A stretch of 64,000 bases of DNA from Camelus dromedarius (taxonomy: Eukaryota): contig NC_087437.1 of the NCBI RefSeq assembly GCF_036321535.1, positions 38,070,001-38,134,000 on the forward strand, in the 5' to 3' direction. This document shows, piece after piece, positions 62,030-64,000 of the stretch. How positions within the stretch are numbered: position 1 is the stretch's first letter; every line of letters begins with the position of its first letter. The notes below the pieces were generated by a model. It saw only the letters and a program-made list of their open reading frames with translations, was not told the DNA's origin and searched no databases. Both the position numbers and the translations under genes were made by a program.

Positions 62030-64000
62030 CAGGCATATCTCATTTTATTGTTCTTCACTATTGCACACTGTCAATATTGCATTTATGCAAACTGAAGGTT
62101 TGTGCCAATACTGCATTAAGCAATTCTTTGCTACCATTTTTTCCAAGAGCATTTGCTTACTTCCTGTCTCTGTGTCACATTCTGGTAATTCTCACGGTAT
62201 TTCAAGCTTTTTTCATTATTATTATATTTGTTACAGTGATCTGTGATCAGTGATCTTTGATGTAACTATTGTAATTGTTTGGAACACCATGAACTGCACC
62301 CACATAACATGGTGAACTTAATTGATAAATATTGTATGTGTTTTGACTACTCCATAGACCAGCTGTTCCCCTGTCACTCTCCCTGTCTTCAGGCCTCCCT
62401 ATTCTCTGAGACACAACAGTTTTGAGATTCAGCCTAGTAATAACCCTACAATGGCTTTTCAGTGTTCAAGTGAAAGGTAGCATCTCACATTTTTCATTTT
62501 AAATCAAAAGCTAGACATGGTTAAGCTTAGTGAGGAATGCCTGTAGAAAGCTGAGACAGGCTGAGAGCTAGGCCTCTTGTGTCAGGTAGCTAAGTTGTGA
62601 ATGCAAGGGAAACGTTCTTGAAGGAAATTAGAAGTGCTACTCCAGTGAACACGAAAATGACAAGAACACAAAATGGCCTTATTACTTATATGGAGAAAGT
62701 TTTAGTGGTCTGGATAGAAGGTCAAACCAGCCACAACATTCCCTTAAGCAAAGTTTAATCTAAAGCAATCCCTCTCTTCAATTCTGTCAAGAAAGTTTTG
62801 ACGCTAGCAGAGGTTGGTTCATGAGATTTTATGAAAGAAGTCATCTCCATAACATAAAAGTGCAAGTTGAAGCAGCAAGTGCTGATGTAGAAGCTGCAGC
62901 AAGTTATCCAGAAGGTCTAGTTGAGATGACTAATGACAGTGGCTACACTAAACAACAGATCTTCAACTTAAATGAAACGGCCTTATATTGGAAGTAGATG
63001 CCAGCCAGTACCTTCATAGCTACAGAGGAGAAGTCAATGCCTGCTTCCAAGCCACAAAGGACAGGTTGACTGTCATTATGGGCTAATGAAGCTGGTGACT
63101 TTAAGCTGAAGTCAGTGCTCATTTATCATTTCAAAAATCCTAGGGCACTTAGTAACTGTGCAAATCTGCTCTACCTGTGCTATATAAATGTAACAGCAAA
63201 GTCTGGATGACATGATATCTGTTTACAACATGATTTACTAAATATTTTAAGTCCATTATTGAGAACTACTGCTCAGGAAAAAAAATTCCTTTCAAAATTT
63301 TACTGCTATTTACAGTGTATCTGGTCACCCAAGAGCTCTAATGGAGACATCCAATGAGATTAATATTTTCTTGTCTGCTAACACAACACCCATGTTGCTG
63401 CCTATGAGTCAAGGAGTAATTTCCATTTTTAAGCCTTATTATTTAAGAAATACATCTTATAAGCTCATAGTTGCTGTAGAGATCTGGACAAAGTAAATTA
63501 AAAACCTGCTGAAAAGGATTCACCATTCTAGAAGCAATTAAAAATATTTGTGATTCATGGTAAGAGGTCAAAATACCAATATTAACAGGAGTTTGGAAGA
63601 AGTTGATTTCAACCCTCCTGGGTAACTTTGAGGGGTCCAAGACATCAGTAGAGGAAGTAACCGCAGATGTGGTAGAAATACCACGAGAACTAGAATTAGA
63701 AGTGGAGTCTGAAGGTGTGACTGAATCATTATAATCTCATGATAAAACTTGAATGGATGAGGAGTTGCTTCTTATGAATGAGTGAAGAAAGTGATTTCTT
63801 GAGACAGAATCTATTCCTGGTGAAGATTCAGAGAAGACTGTTGAAATAACAACAACAACAACAAAAAAATAGACTATGACATAAATTTAGTTCATAAAGC
63901 AGCAGCAGGTTTTGAGAGGACTGATTCCAATTTTGAAAGAAGTTCTAATGTGGGTAAATGCTGTGCTACAGAGAAGTCCTTCTTGAAAGGAAAAGTCAAT
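62030..64000 (+). mobile_element. Tigger1 (TcMar-Tigger) fossil with disrupted transposase, truncated by window end
   Basis: Left TIR-like caggcatatctc at 62030. Transposase start atggcttttcagtgttcaagtgaaagg at 62451. Diagnostic blocks ttaagcttagtgaggaa, ggctacactaaacaacagat, gaaacggccttatattggaag and tttgagaggactgattccaattttgaaagaagttcta. No long ORF remains. Confidence 0.93.

Noticed and set aside
1..64000. CRISPR arrays, operons or other prokaryote-type systems
   Set aside because: The sequence is mammalian intronic and intergenic DNA; no regularly spaced repeat-spacer structure or gene cluster was seen.

Overview
This is mammalian genomic DNA, AT-rich and dense in old interspersed repeats. 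It is probably a camelid, judged from two tRNA-derived SINEs of the GGGGAGGGTATAGCT...GGGTTCAATCCCCAGTACCTCC type. The only protein-coding gene is the 5' part of butyrylcholinesterase (BCHE) on the minus strand: non-coding exon 1 (~14286-14163), a 5.2-kb intron 1, and the 1525-nt exon 2 (9000-7476) encoding the signal peptide and full catalytic triad. Intron 2 runs off the left edge. The ~50 kb upstream holds no recognisable gene, only LTR/ERV remnants, L1, L2, MIR, hAT elements and a Tigger1 fossil. I see no wholly new biological system. The best leads are (i) two MER41-like LTRs head-to-tail ~4-5 kb upstream of BCHE carrying STAT/GAS motifs, (ii) exon-1 upstream ATGs forming a terminated 33-codon uORF, (iii) active-site substitutions including G117S, (iv) an apparent ~600-bp inversion splitting an LTR16-like LTR, and (v) a nested 22-bp perfect palindrome in intron 1. 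Repeat family names and human comparisons are recalled from memory, not searched.
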